From: a virus
Lineage: Duplodnaviria > Heunggongvirae > Uroviricota > Caudoviricetes
Virus record (IMG/VR): IMGVR_UViG_2639762960_000007
Length of the DNA stretch: 38,405 nucleotides
Strand: one strand, 5' to 3'
Numbering within the stretch: position 1 is the first letter of the stretch; the number at the start of each line of letters is the position of its first letter. Under the pieces are notes generated by a model that ran no database searches, was not told the origin of the DNA, and saw only the letters and a program-made list of their open reading frames with translations. Positions 26,470-34,569 of the stretch are shown here, piece by piece. Position numbers and translations under genes: made by a program.

Positions 26470-27664
26470 CCGAATAGTAAGACTTCATGCAGTGAATCAA
26501 GTACTGCATGAAGTCAAGGGCTGGTTTTGTGTACCAAAAATAAACAGTGATAGCGGTAATAATTCCCATAACTAGAACACCACGTATAATCCAGAACGTA
26601 CGTTTCTGCGTGTCTAGTCGCGCAGAAATACTGCTAAATACACCAGCCACGTCATCTTTAATGAAGGAATATTCCTTATTAATCTGTTTTTCTTTGTATT
26701 CAATTTCTTCGCCTAAGGCCTTTATAGATTGCATCTGGTTCGAAAGTGCCAGCCAGATTAACGTTGCAGCAAAAATGCATCCCAGAAGAATTATTGTGTT
26801 TGTTATCCCTTGGCCTGACCATTTCGTAGCCACTTTGAATTGGGTAGCTACGATAACAGAGGCAACAGGAATGCCAAGTATATGGTTCTGGATATCTGAA
26901 AACGCTTTGTGGATTTTACCCATTTCTTCGACTTTTGCAGCACGCAGTTGATCCATTACTTTGTCATAAGAGAATCCAGAAGAGTAGATACGATACCCTT
27001 TCAGAAACTTTTCATGCAGACGCTGAATATTGTCCAGTAAATAAGCGAATACTAGAGGTGAATCAATTCCATCACTAACTGCTTGAATACTTTCAATCAG
27101 AATATCTAGCTTCTGATCCTTATGGGTATCATCATTGAAACAAGCTATAAGGTTATCAAGATACTCCCTTTGCAAATTTTGTACATTTTCTGCAGCGAAG
27201 TGCGGTAATAGCTTGATAACTTCTTTTTTCAGAAAAACTAACTGACAAGTTGAGTTATCAAAGTAGGCCGCGGCCTCTTTTAGCAGGTTAACGAACTCGA
27301 GAATCTTCCGGTAGTTGCTGATGAAAACGGGGATATCTTCATCATCATTACGAAATTTTGTTTCTAGGATGAAGTAATTAGCTGGCTCAAGGCACTGATG
27401 CTTTGGAGCATTTAGCAATTTTTCATGGGTGGAAAACACAAGTCCCAGTCCACTCCGTGGTGACGTCACACGTAGGATGATCGTGTTACCTGGAGCGATA
27501 GTGCCTGTATCAATAGAAAGACCATATTCACGAGGATCATCAAGCAAAGTATCAACCAGATCACAATCGGACTGATCTAAGAGCAACAGCGAACCGACAC
27601 GAAACCCCTCTTGGAATTCCATACGACGATACAGAGCTGTCAGCATCTCAAATGAAATCGCCAC
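26459..27664 (-). CDS. Protein with ~270-aa soluble N-terminal domain and three C-terminal TM helices; second gene of the repressor-linked cassette (candidate effector)
   Basis: 401-aa ORF starting at GTG 27662..27664, two nt after the upstream gene's TAA, with GAGG upstream; alternative ATG at 27646. Hydrophobic segments IPVASVIVATQF, ITNTIILLGCIFAATLIWLALS and TFWIIRGVLVMGIITAITVYFWY. AT-rich codon usage. Confidence 0.65.
   Translation of the reverse strand: MAISFEMLTALYRRMEFQEGFRVGSLLLLDQSDCDLVDTLLDDPREYGLSIDTGTIAPGNTIILRVTSPRSGLGLVFSTHEKLLNAPKHQCLEPANYFILETKFRNDDEDIPVFISNYRKILEFVNLLKEAAAYFDNSTCQLVFLKKEVIKLLPHFAAENVQNLQREYLDNLIACFNDDTHKDQKLDILIESIQAVSDGIDSPLVFAYLLDNIQRLHEKFLKGYRIYSSGFSYDKVMDQLRAAKVEEMGKIHKAFSDIQNHILGIPVASVIVATQFKVATKWSGQGITNTIILLGCIFAATLIWLALSNQMQSIKALGEEIEYKEKQINKEYSFIKDDVAGVFSSISARLDTQKRTFWIIRGVLVMGIITAITVYFWYTKPALDFMQYLIHCMKSYYSVKS
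26481..26515. other. Perfect 13-bp-stem inverted repeat at the convergent junction of the methyltransferase and cassette genes
   Basis: gacttcatgcagt-gaatcaagt-actgcatgaagtc, 12 nt after the methyltransferase stop and inside the last ~20 codons of the minus-strand membrane-protein ORF. Confidence 0.4.
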
Positions 27665-27666
27665 GA

Positions 27667-28674
27667 TTAAACCTCAGTCATCCACATTTCCCTAAATTCT
27701 TCAGGTACATTACGTAGGGTGATAATATTTGTTTCCGGATCATAATCAATATAGCCTTCAGTTTTCCCTTCCCGGTCAAACTTAAGTTCCCAATATTTAG
27801 ACTTGCCTTTAAAAGATACCAGAGCCCGAATGACTCGACCATCAGGAACGAAGCCATCCGATAACTCCAACTCTTCAGCAGCAAGTTTACCAGATAACTC
27901 CTCGGGAGCCTGGGGCCAAATGGCATTAACAAGGGTTTCAAGACTAAGTGGTTCACCAGCCTTACTTAGTGCATGTAAGTGTTCAAACGCACTCTTAAGA
28001 AATGCATCTTTTTCAGCGCCGTCAAGTCCTTTCTCTGCCGCAAATGCTTTTAAAACGTCACGTAACTTTTCAGACTCTCGTTTGGCGATTAAGACATCAT
28101 TACAGCCTAGGAACTGTTTAAAATAGTTTGAAACATTACCTTGCCCCTTAAGAAAACTGATATAGCGCTCTGCGCCACTTTCCCACGCGGTTAAGTCAAT
28201 GCGCCCAGCCATACGCAGCTTAGCAATATCAAGATAGGTACTATCTTGGATGTTAAAATCATCTGTGACAGTGGACCCAATGGTAGCGCTTACAATAGCT
28301 ATCAACAGGTGTTCATTGTGTCCTATCACGATATTTGCAAAAAGAACATAACCACCAGTAGCCATGTTTTCTCGCTGAGAACGTTCCGTCAGGTGATGCA
28401 TCATTCGGCAGGAACTTTGGTAGAAATCATCAACACCTTCGAGAAAGTCCCCAGCCATTCGTTCCATAGGATAGTTATCCGTATCGCCTTCAAAATAGCC
28501 ATAACCTTTACCTGTGCGTCCTGCATATTTTGCACAAATATCGTTTATAAGGCGCTGAGAGGCTTCAGTAACTAGACCTTCTTCAGGACTCAATCTCTCA
28601 GAAGCGTCTCCATTTTGTTGTTTGTCTAAAATGTGAACTACAACGTGTTTAACTTCAATGGTCTGCTCAGACAT
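27667..28674 (-). CDS. NdpA/YejK (NA37)-like nucleoid-associated-protein homologue; first gene of the repressor-linked cassette (candidate sensor)
   Basis: 335 aa; ATG at 28672..28674 preceded by GGTGGA. It matches the length and several blocks of E. coli YejK as I recall it (GGYVLF, LLIAIVS, YLDIAKLRMAGRIDLTAWESG, RYISFLKGQG, IITLRNVPEEFRE). The family call is from memory, not a search. Confidence 0.55.
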   Translation of the reverse strand: MSEQTIEVKHVVVHILDKQQNGDASERLSPEEGLVTEASQRLINDICAKYAGRTGKGYGYFEGDTDNYPMERMAGDFLEGVDDFYQSSCRMMHHLTERSQRENMATGGYVLFANIVIGHNEHLLIAIVSATIGSTVTDDFNIQDSTYLDIAKLRMAGRIDLTAWESGAERYISFLKGQGNVSNYFKQFLGCNDVLIAKRESEKLRDVLKAFAAEKGLDGAEKDAFLKSAFEHLHALSKAGEPLSLETLVNAIWPQAPEELSGKLAAEELELSDGFVPDGRVIRALVSFKGKSKYWELKFDREGKTEGYIDYDPETNIITLRNVPEEFREMWMTEV

Positions 28675-28744
28675 TGGCTATCCACCTTATTTTTTATTGC
28701 TTAATGGCAAATAATTTCTGCTATATGTTCTCGTTAGGAACACA

Positions 28745-29152
28745 TTAACCCACATTTTTTAACCGCTCAATCGTTGCGGATAATTCCTTCAGTTGTTTTT
28801 CCATCTCAATCACACGCTGTTTTTCTTCAGCGCCTCGCATGAGATCTCGCCGAACCTCAGGATCTAACTGGTTTAGAAGTTCAAGCATTTTAAGGTCTGA
28901 CGGGCTGAATTGATGTTGTGTTGGTACAGCAACAATTTCTTTAGATGGAATATGTTCTTTACCGGTAAGTAGCCAATCGATTGATACACCCAAATGGGTA
29001 CTTAGCGCAACAAGAGCCTCTGCGTTTGGTTCTCTCTCTCCACGCAAATAGTTTTGAAGTGAGCGATATGGAATTTTTGATAAGTCAGATAATGCCTTTA
29101 TTGTCATGCCATTAGCATCCATCACTTCACGCAATCTCTCTTTTGTACTCAT
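28745..29152 (-). CDS. Phage repressor, HTH (XRE/Cro-C1 type) with C-terminal coiled coil
   Basis: ATG at 29150..29152 gives 135 aa starting MSTKERLREVMDANGMTIKALSDLSKIPYRSLQNYLRG; divergent from the early operon across an operator-like region. Confidence 0.7.
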   Translation of the reverse strand: MSTKERLREVMDANGMTIKALSDLSKIPYRSLQNYLRGEREPNAEALVALSTHLGVSIDWLLTGKEHIPSKEIVAVPTQHQFSPSDLKMLELLNQLDPEVRRDLMRGAEEKQRVIEMEKQLKELSATIERLKNVG

Positions 29153-29168
29153 TTGAACATATCTCAAT

Positions 29169-29196
29169 TTGACACACTCATTTGGGTGTGTACAAT
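29169..29196 (+). promoter_or_regulatory. Candidate early promoter (-35 TTGACA, 16-bp spacer, -10 TACAAT) overlapped by an operator-like dyad
   Basis: TTGACA at 29169..29174 and TACAAT at 29191..29196, 45 bp upstream of the Ner-like ATG; dyad ACACAC-N8-GTGTGT (29172..29191) spans the spacer. Confidence 0.5.
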
Positions 29197-29240
29197 AGAC
29201 CCAATAGAGTACATCATAACCTAACAGGAACACGGTGCAT

Positions 29241-29465
29241 ATGAACAAACAACAAGTTCGGGCACGGCTGGTTGAACGAGGCAGTAGCTTGCGCCAGTTC
29301 GCGCTTAACGCGGGCTATGAACCACGAACAGTCACCCAGGCAGTCAGTCGCTGGGCTGGTAAAAGTGAACTACCTCGCGGTCGTTTGACTTATCGGATTT
29401 TGCGAGATCTATCGGTTGCAATAGGTAAAGAAGTTACCCCCGGTATCCTTAAGGAGGCGTCATGA
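29241..29465 (+). CDS. ner: Ner-like DNA-binding protein
   Basis: ATG at 29241 (track start is GTG two codons upstream); 74 aa with LRQFALNAGYEPRTVTQAVSRW resembling the Mu Ner HTH region; first gene of the early operon. Confidence 0.65.
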   Translation: MNKQQVRARLVERGSSLRQFALNAGYEPRTVTQAVSRWAGKSELPRGRLTYRILRDLSVAIGKEVTPGILKEAS

Positions 29466-29770
29466 ATAAACCAAATACATCAAGCTCAGGTATCCGTATT
29501 TTGCGCGTTCTTAAGGCCTTACGTGGCCACGCTTTGAACGGTGTTTCTAACGGGGAACTAGCGGTTGCACTGCACGAATCACCGGCAAACATCAACCGGG
29601 CACTTAACACGCTCATTGAAGAAGGGTTGGCTCTGAAACTAGAAAACGGGCGTTTCGCACCAGGCATCCAGTTGCTGCAGATCGCCATGGCCCACAGTAA
29701 CGAGATGGCACGTGCACAGGATCGCATTAACGAAATCAACCAACGTGTTATTTCAGGTAGTCGTTTGTAA
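29462..29770 (+). CDS. Winged-helix-like DNA-binding protein
   Basis: 102 aa; ATG at 29462 in ATGA overlap with the Ner-like stop, preceded by AAGGAGG; helix-turn-helix-like region NGVSNGELAVALHESPANINRALNTLIEEGLA. Confidence 0.5.
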   Translation: MNKPNTSSSGIRILRVLKALRGHALNGVSNGELAVALHESPANINRALNTLIEEGLALKLENGRFAPGIQLLQIAMAHSNEMARAQDRINEINQRVISGSRL

Positions 29771-29780
29771 GGAGTAATCA

Positions 29781-30692
29781 ATGGGACGCACCAAATCACC
29801 GGTTAGCACTGAACTGAACGTCGAGGTACCGCTGTCGGATGATCTCAATGTCAGTCTAAACGCCATGACACAGCATCGCATGGAAATCATGCAACAGTTC
29901 GGCGATGGTCTGCCTTATGAGCGCGATCGTGTTGTCCATGAGGCACGCTTTTATATGGCACAGAGCGCTGAGGCCATGCTGGAGGCAGGTAAGCGGCTGA
30001 TAATCCTTAAGGAAAATGAACCACACGGGGAGTTTATAAAGATTCTTGAAAGTGAGTTGGGGCTGGCATACCGGACATCTGTGAGAATGATGCAAGCATC
30101 GACAAAATACTTATCCCCGGCGCTGAAACCAAATGTGCCAACGTTGGCACATTTGGGAAAAGCCAAACTTTTCGAATTAATGACAGAAGACGACGAAGAG
30201 CTTGCCGAACTGGCCGACGGCGGCACAGTTGCCGGCCTGACGCTTGACGACGTTGATCGCATGTCAGTACGCGAACTTCGCCAGGCCCTGCGCGAAGCGC
30301 GCGAAACCAACGCAGCACAACAGCGCGTACTCGCCGATAAAAATGAAAAAATTGATTCTCTCTCTACCAGACTGGAAAAGAAATCCCGTATTCAGCTGCC
30401 TGAGCCTGATGAGGAGGTTAAGAAGCTGCGGGCGGAAGTGACAGCATTAGCGGTTGAGGCGGAATCTGCCATCGCCGTTCGACTGTCCAGCGCTTTTGAG
30501 ACACTGTGCGCATATTGTGCTGAAAACATGATTGATACCCCCAGAGACTTCATGGCAGGCCTGGTCTGTCAACTGGAAAGCACAGCGCGTAGCCTGCGCT
30601 CCACATTTGACCTGCCGGACGAGCCAACAGGCGATGTCGCGCCTTCATGGCTGACTGAGCCGACGCCACAGATTAACGGGCTGGAGGCATAA
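29781..30692 (+). CDS. Hypothetical early protein with coiled-coil central region
   Basis: 303 aa; ATG at 29781 preceded by AAGGAG; no motif I can assign. Confidence 0.55.
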   Translation: MGRTKSPVSTELNVEVPLSDDLNVSLNAMTQHRMEIMQQFGDGLPYERDRVVHEARFYMAQSAEAMLEAGKRLIILKENEPHGEFIKILESELGLAYRTSVRMMQASTKYLSPALKPNVPTLAHLGKAKLFELMTEDDEELAELADGGTVAGLTLDDVDRMSVRELRQALREARETNAAQQRVLADKNEKIDSLSTRLEKKSRIQLPEPDEEVKKLRAEVTALAVEAESAIAVRLSSAFETLCAYCAENMIDTPRDFMAGLVCQLESTARSLRSTFDLPDEPTGDVAPSWLTEPTPQINGLEA

Positions 30693-30695
30693 CCA

Positions 30696-32465
30696 ATGAA
30701 TGCTGCCCTGACTGAACGACTGGTTTATGTCGCCCGCGCGGCACGTGACGCGGGGCATGGTAAACGCGGTGCAATATACGACGCTGCCTGTGCTGAACTT
30801 GGCATGTCCCGCGCCACTCTGCTGCGCAGGCTGAAGGAGGTCTCTGTGACTGATAAACGCAAAAAACGCGCCGATGCCGGGCGCAGCGCCCTGACCCGCG
30901 ACGAAGCCGCGCTGATATCTGCCACACTGCGTGAGGCCACCCGCAAGAACGGTAAGCGTCTCTATTCCATCGCAGATGCAGTGGAAACCCTGCGGGCTAA
31001 CGGCTTTATCTCCGCAGGCAGAACAGATGAAACCACCGGTGAGTTTTTCCCGTTGTCCGAAGATGCCATCAGCCGTGCCCTGCGTAACTATGGCCTGCAC
31101 CCGGAACAACTGGATGCCCCTGCGCCGCATACCGAAGTGGCCAGTCTGCATCCCAATCACGTCTGGCAGATTGATGCCTCGCTCTGCACGCTTTACTACC
31201 TGAGCAATGGACACAAAGGGCTGCAGGTGATGGACAGCGCGAAATTCTACAAGAACAAGCCCGCTAACCTTGCCCGTATCGCCAGTGACCGCGTGTGGAG
31301 TTATGAGATTACCGACCATGCCAGCGGCTGGATTTACGTTGAGTATGTGACGGGTGCGGAATCCGGTGAGAACCTGTGTTCTGTGCTTATCAACGCCATG
31401 CAGGAGCGTGGCGGCGCAGACGTGCTGCACGGCGTGCCAAAAATACTCTATCTCGACCCCGGCTCGGCAAACACCGCGGGTATGACGAAAAACATGTGCC
31501 GCTCACTGGGCATTGACCTGATAGCGCACAAGCCGCATAACGCCCGCGCCACCGGACAGGTGGAAAAGGCGCGGGACATTATCGAACGCAAGCTGGAGCC
31601 GGGTCTGAAGTTCCGGCCGGTTCACAGTCTGGAAGAACTCAACGCGCTGGCCGCGAAATGGCGCAGCCACTTTAACGCCACGGCTGTTCACAGCCGCCAC
31701 GGTAAAACCCGCACGGATATCTGGCTGAAGATTACTGCTGAGCAGCTGAAAAAAGCGCCTTCCGTTGAGGTATGTCGTGAACTGGCTGTGGCGGCACCAG
31801 AACTCCGCAAAGTCACGCCAAAACTTCGTGTCTCGTTCCGGGGCACTGAATTTGACGTATCAACGGTACCGGGCGTACTGGTTGGTGAAAAACTGATGAT
31901 TACCCGTAACCCATGGCGCAGCGATGTGGCACAGGTGGTTCTGACCGGTGAGGACGGCCACGAGACGTTCTTCCTGGTCGAAGAGGTCAGAAAGAACGAG
32001 TTTGGCTTTGCTGAAGGCGCGGCGGTATTTGGCGAAAGTTACAAAGCCCTGCCGGAAACCCCGGCACAGATGGCGGCAAAAGAAACTGAAGCGCTGGTTA
32101 CCGGTACAGACAACGCCGCAGATGCAGCCGCCGCACGCAAGGCGAAGGCGCTGCCGTTCGGCGGGCGGCTTGACCCGTATAAACATATCGACGACACCAC
32201 ACTTCCGGCCTATATGCCGAAGCGTGGTCAGGCCTCTGACGTACGCGGGCCGCGCACTGAACAACGTCCCATGACTCATGTGGAGGCCGCGAAAGCCCTG
32301 CGCGATAAGTTCAGCGCCGACGGCCTTACCTGGACGCCGGAACATTACCGCCAGTTAACGGCACAGTACCCGGACGGCGTACCGGAAGCCGCACTGGATG
32401 AAGTCATGGCCACGCTGACCACACCGGCCAGCAGCAGTGTTATCAGCATTGTTAACGGCAACTGA
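30696..32465 (+). CDS. DDE transposase (Mu A-like function, integrase-core type)
   Basis: 589 aa; ATG at 30696 preceded by GGAGG; N-terminal HTH-like region; candidate catalytic acidic residues in WQIDAS and YLDPGSAN, with a downstream Glu. Confidence 0.8.
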   Translation: MNAALTERLVYVARAARDAGHGKRGAIYDAACAELGMSRATLLRRLKEVSVTDKRKKRADAGRSALTRDEAALISATLREATRKNGKRLYSIADAVETLRANGFISAGRTDETTGEFFPLSEDAISRALRNYGLHPEQLDAPAPHTEVASLHPNHVWQIDASLCTLYYLSNGHKGLQVMDSAKFYKNKPANLARIASDRVWSYEITDHASGWIYVEYVTGAESGENLCSVLINAMQERGGADVLHGVPKILYLDPGSANTAGMTKNMCRSLGIDLIAHKPHNARATGQVEKARDIIERKLEPGLKFRPVHSLEELNALAAKWRSHFNATAVHSRHGKTRTDIWLKITAEQLKKAPSVEVCRELAVAAPELRKVTPKLRVSFRGTEFDVSTVPGVLVGEKLMITRNPWRSDVAQVVLTGEDGHETFFLVEEVRKNEFGFAEGAAVFGESYKALPETPAQMAAKETEALVTGTDNAADAAAARKAKALPFGGRLDPYKHIDDTTLPAYMPKRGQASDVRGPRTEQRPMTHVEAAKALRDKFSADGLTWTPEHYRQLTAQYPDGVPEAALDEVMATLTTPASSSVISIVNGN

Positions 32466-32475
32466 GGAGGGAAAC

Positions 32476-33642
32476 ATGCTGGTACTGAAGCAGCAACTGA
32501 AAGAGGCCCGTATTCCACAGGCGGTGGTGGCGAGAGCTGTCGATGTTTCTGAGGCCACGCTGGCCCAGATTGTGAATCATAACGCGTGGCCCCGCACCAG
32601 CCCCGGAGAAGTGCGCCGGCGTCTTGCGTCCTGGCTGGAAAGTCAGGGGATTGATACAACGAAGAGTTTTGATGCTGTACAGGGCGCGGCCACGCCCCGT
32701 ACAGCGGGTACCACAGATAAAACGAGCCTCAGTGAGGAAGAGAATATGTTACTCAAAAAACAGGTGTTATTTCCAGCAACCAAAAAAGCGTTTGGTCTTT
32801 TCCGTGACCCGTTCGCCGACGAAGCCATGCAGGGTTCTGATGATGTGTTCACCACCCCGGATATTCGCTACGTGCGTGAGGCGTTGTACCAGACAGCCCG
32901 TCATGGTGGGTTTATGGCCGTCATCGGTGAGTCCGGTGCGGGTAAATCCACGCTGCGCCGCGACCTGACTGAACGTATCAACCGCGAGAATGCGCCGGTA
33001 ATTGTTATCGAGCCATACATCATCGCTATGGAAGACAACGATGTGAAAGGGAAAACCCTGAAGGCAGCAGCGATTGCCGAAGCCATTATCAGTACCATCG
33101 CACCACTGGAAAGCATCAGACGCAGTCAGGACGCCCGCTTTCGCCAGTTGCATCGCGTCCTGAAAGACAGCAGCCAGGCGGGGTTCAGCCACGTTCTGGT
33201 GATTGAGGAGGCCCACAGTCTGCCCATTCCGACACTGAAACACCTCAAACGCTTTTTTGAGCTGGAGTCCGGTTTCAAAAAACTGCTGTCCATCGTGCTG
33301 ATTGGCCAGCCGGAACTGGCGACAAAACTGTCTGAACGCAATATGGAAGTCCGTGAAGTCGTTCAGCGCTGTGAGGTGGTCGAACTTCTGCCTCTGGACA
33401 ATAACCTTGAAGAGTTTCTGACGTTCAAACTGCAACGGGCCGGTAAACAACTGACGGACATTATGGACGCCAGCGCAGTGGATGCCATACGTGCCCGCCT
33501 GAGCAATCCGGGAAGTCATCGTAAAAATATGGTCAGCCTGCTGTATCCGCTGGCCGTCAGTAACCTGGTAATAGCCGCCATGAATCTGGCCGCTGAAATC
33601 GGGGTTCCACAGGTCAACGCTGACGTTGTCAAAGGGGTTTAA
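32476..33642 (+). CDS. Transposition ATPase (Mu B-like, AAA+)
   Basis: ATG at 32476 preceded by GAGGAGGG (track ORF starts earlier, inside the transposase gene); Walker A GESGAGKST and Walker B-like HVLVIEEAH. Confidence 0.8.
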   Translation: MLVLKQQLKEARIPQAVVARAVDVSEATLAQIVNHNAWPRTSPGEVRRRLASWLESQGIDTTKSFDAVQGAATPRTAGTTDKTSLSEEENMLLKKQVLFPATKKAFGLFRDPFADEAMQGSDDVFTTPDIRYVREALYQTARHGGFMAVIGESGAGKSTLRRDLTERINRENAPVIVIEPYIIAMEDNDVKGKTLKAAAIAEAIISTIAPLESIRRSQDARFRQLHRVLKDSSQAGFSHVLVIEEAHSLPIPTLKHLKRFFELESGFKKLLSIVLIGQPELATKLSERNMEVREVVQRCEVVELLPLDNNLEEFLTFKLQRAGKQLTDIMDASAVDAIRARLSNPGSHRKNMVSLLYPLAVSNLVIAAMNLAAEIGVPQVNADVVKGV

Positions 33643-33644
33643 TA

Positions 33645-33914
33645 ATGAAATCCACCACAGGTATCAACCAGCAAATCAGCAAAGTGCAGTCAGCCATTAT
33701 GGCGCTTAAGGCGACGAACACGGATGTACAAAGCATCACCATCAGGGGTAACAAACCTGTCATCCGCGTTTCCCGGAGTGCGCATTGCATGCGCATGCTT
33801 GAGCAGGGAAAGGCCTGTTATCTGTATACCGGTCATGACCACAGGGGACATTTCCGTCAGGGCGTTTTCGAACTGCACGGCTGTCGCGTCGTGTGGCCGG
33901 AATCTTTGTGGTAA
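33645..33914 (+). CDS. Hypothetical small early protein
   Basis: 89 aa; ATG at 33645, 2 nt after the B-like stop; Cys/His-containing C-terminus. Confidence 0.45.
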   Translation: MKSTTGINQQISKVQSAIMALKATNTDVQSITIRGNKPVIRVSRSAHCMRMLEQGKACYLYTGHDHRGHFRQGVFELHGCRVVWPESLW

Positions 33915-33941
33915 TCAGCACAACAGGAGGAGTCATAAAAT

Positions 33942-34472
33942 ATGGCAAAAAGTACAAAAGGGGCAAAACGTATCAAAGCCGCAGCAGCACTCTGGGTGCC
34001 GGGGACACGCGAAGAGGTCATTGAGGGAATCAGACTGCTTGGTGACGCGCAACGTGAACTGGTCAGGGCTGAAACAGAAATGAATGACACCATTGGCGAC
34101 ATCACTGCACGTTATGCCCCGCTCACCGAGAGCCTGAAAAAACGCATGGCCGAACTGCAGTCCGGTATCCAGACATGGTGTGAGGCGCACCGTGATGAAC
34201 TGACCGGCAACGGGAAGGTGAAGTTCGCTAACCTCACCACCGGCGAGGTGCAGTGGCGAAACCGTCCGCCGTCAGTCAGCATTCGCGGGGCGGATAATGT
34301 TATTGAATTACTGAGACGTCTGGGGCTTGAGCGCTTTATTCGTGTAAAGGAGGAAATAAATAAAGATGCCATTCTGAATGAAAAAGAGGCTGTGAAAAAT
34401 ATTCCCGGTATTACCATAAAAAGTGATATTGAGGATTTTTCAATAATTCCTTTTGAGCAGGATGTGCAGTAA
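33942..34472 (+). CDS. gam: Host-nuclease inhibitor Gam (Mu Gam family, Ku-like DNA-end binding)
   Basis: 176 aa; ATG at 33942 preceded by GGAGGAG. It resembles Mu Gam along the whole length as I recall it, including the shared C-terminal motif GIEDFSIIPFEQ. Confidence 0.9.
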   Translation: MAKSTKGAKRIKAAAALWVPGTREEVIEGIRLLGDAQRELVRAETEMNDTIGDITARYAPLTESLKKRMAELQSGIQTWCEAHRDELTGNGKVKFANLTTGEVQWRNRPPSVSIRGADNVIELLRRLGLERFIRVKEEINKDAILNEKEAVKNIPGITIKSDIEDFSIIPFEQDVQ

Positions 34473-34569
34473 ACACACCACGTTAATTATTTAATAAAAA
34501 CATTTTCTTTTTTATTCCGGCGTCAGCGCCGCGGGCTTCTGCACGCCGGAAACAGAGGAGAATTAAATT

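Noticed and set aside
30645-31430. 261-aa minus-strand ORF
   Set aside because: Antisense within the transposase gene; no RBS and no recognisable domain.
32767-33519. 250-aa minus-strand ORF
   Set aside because: Antisense within the B-like ATPase gene.
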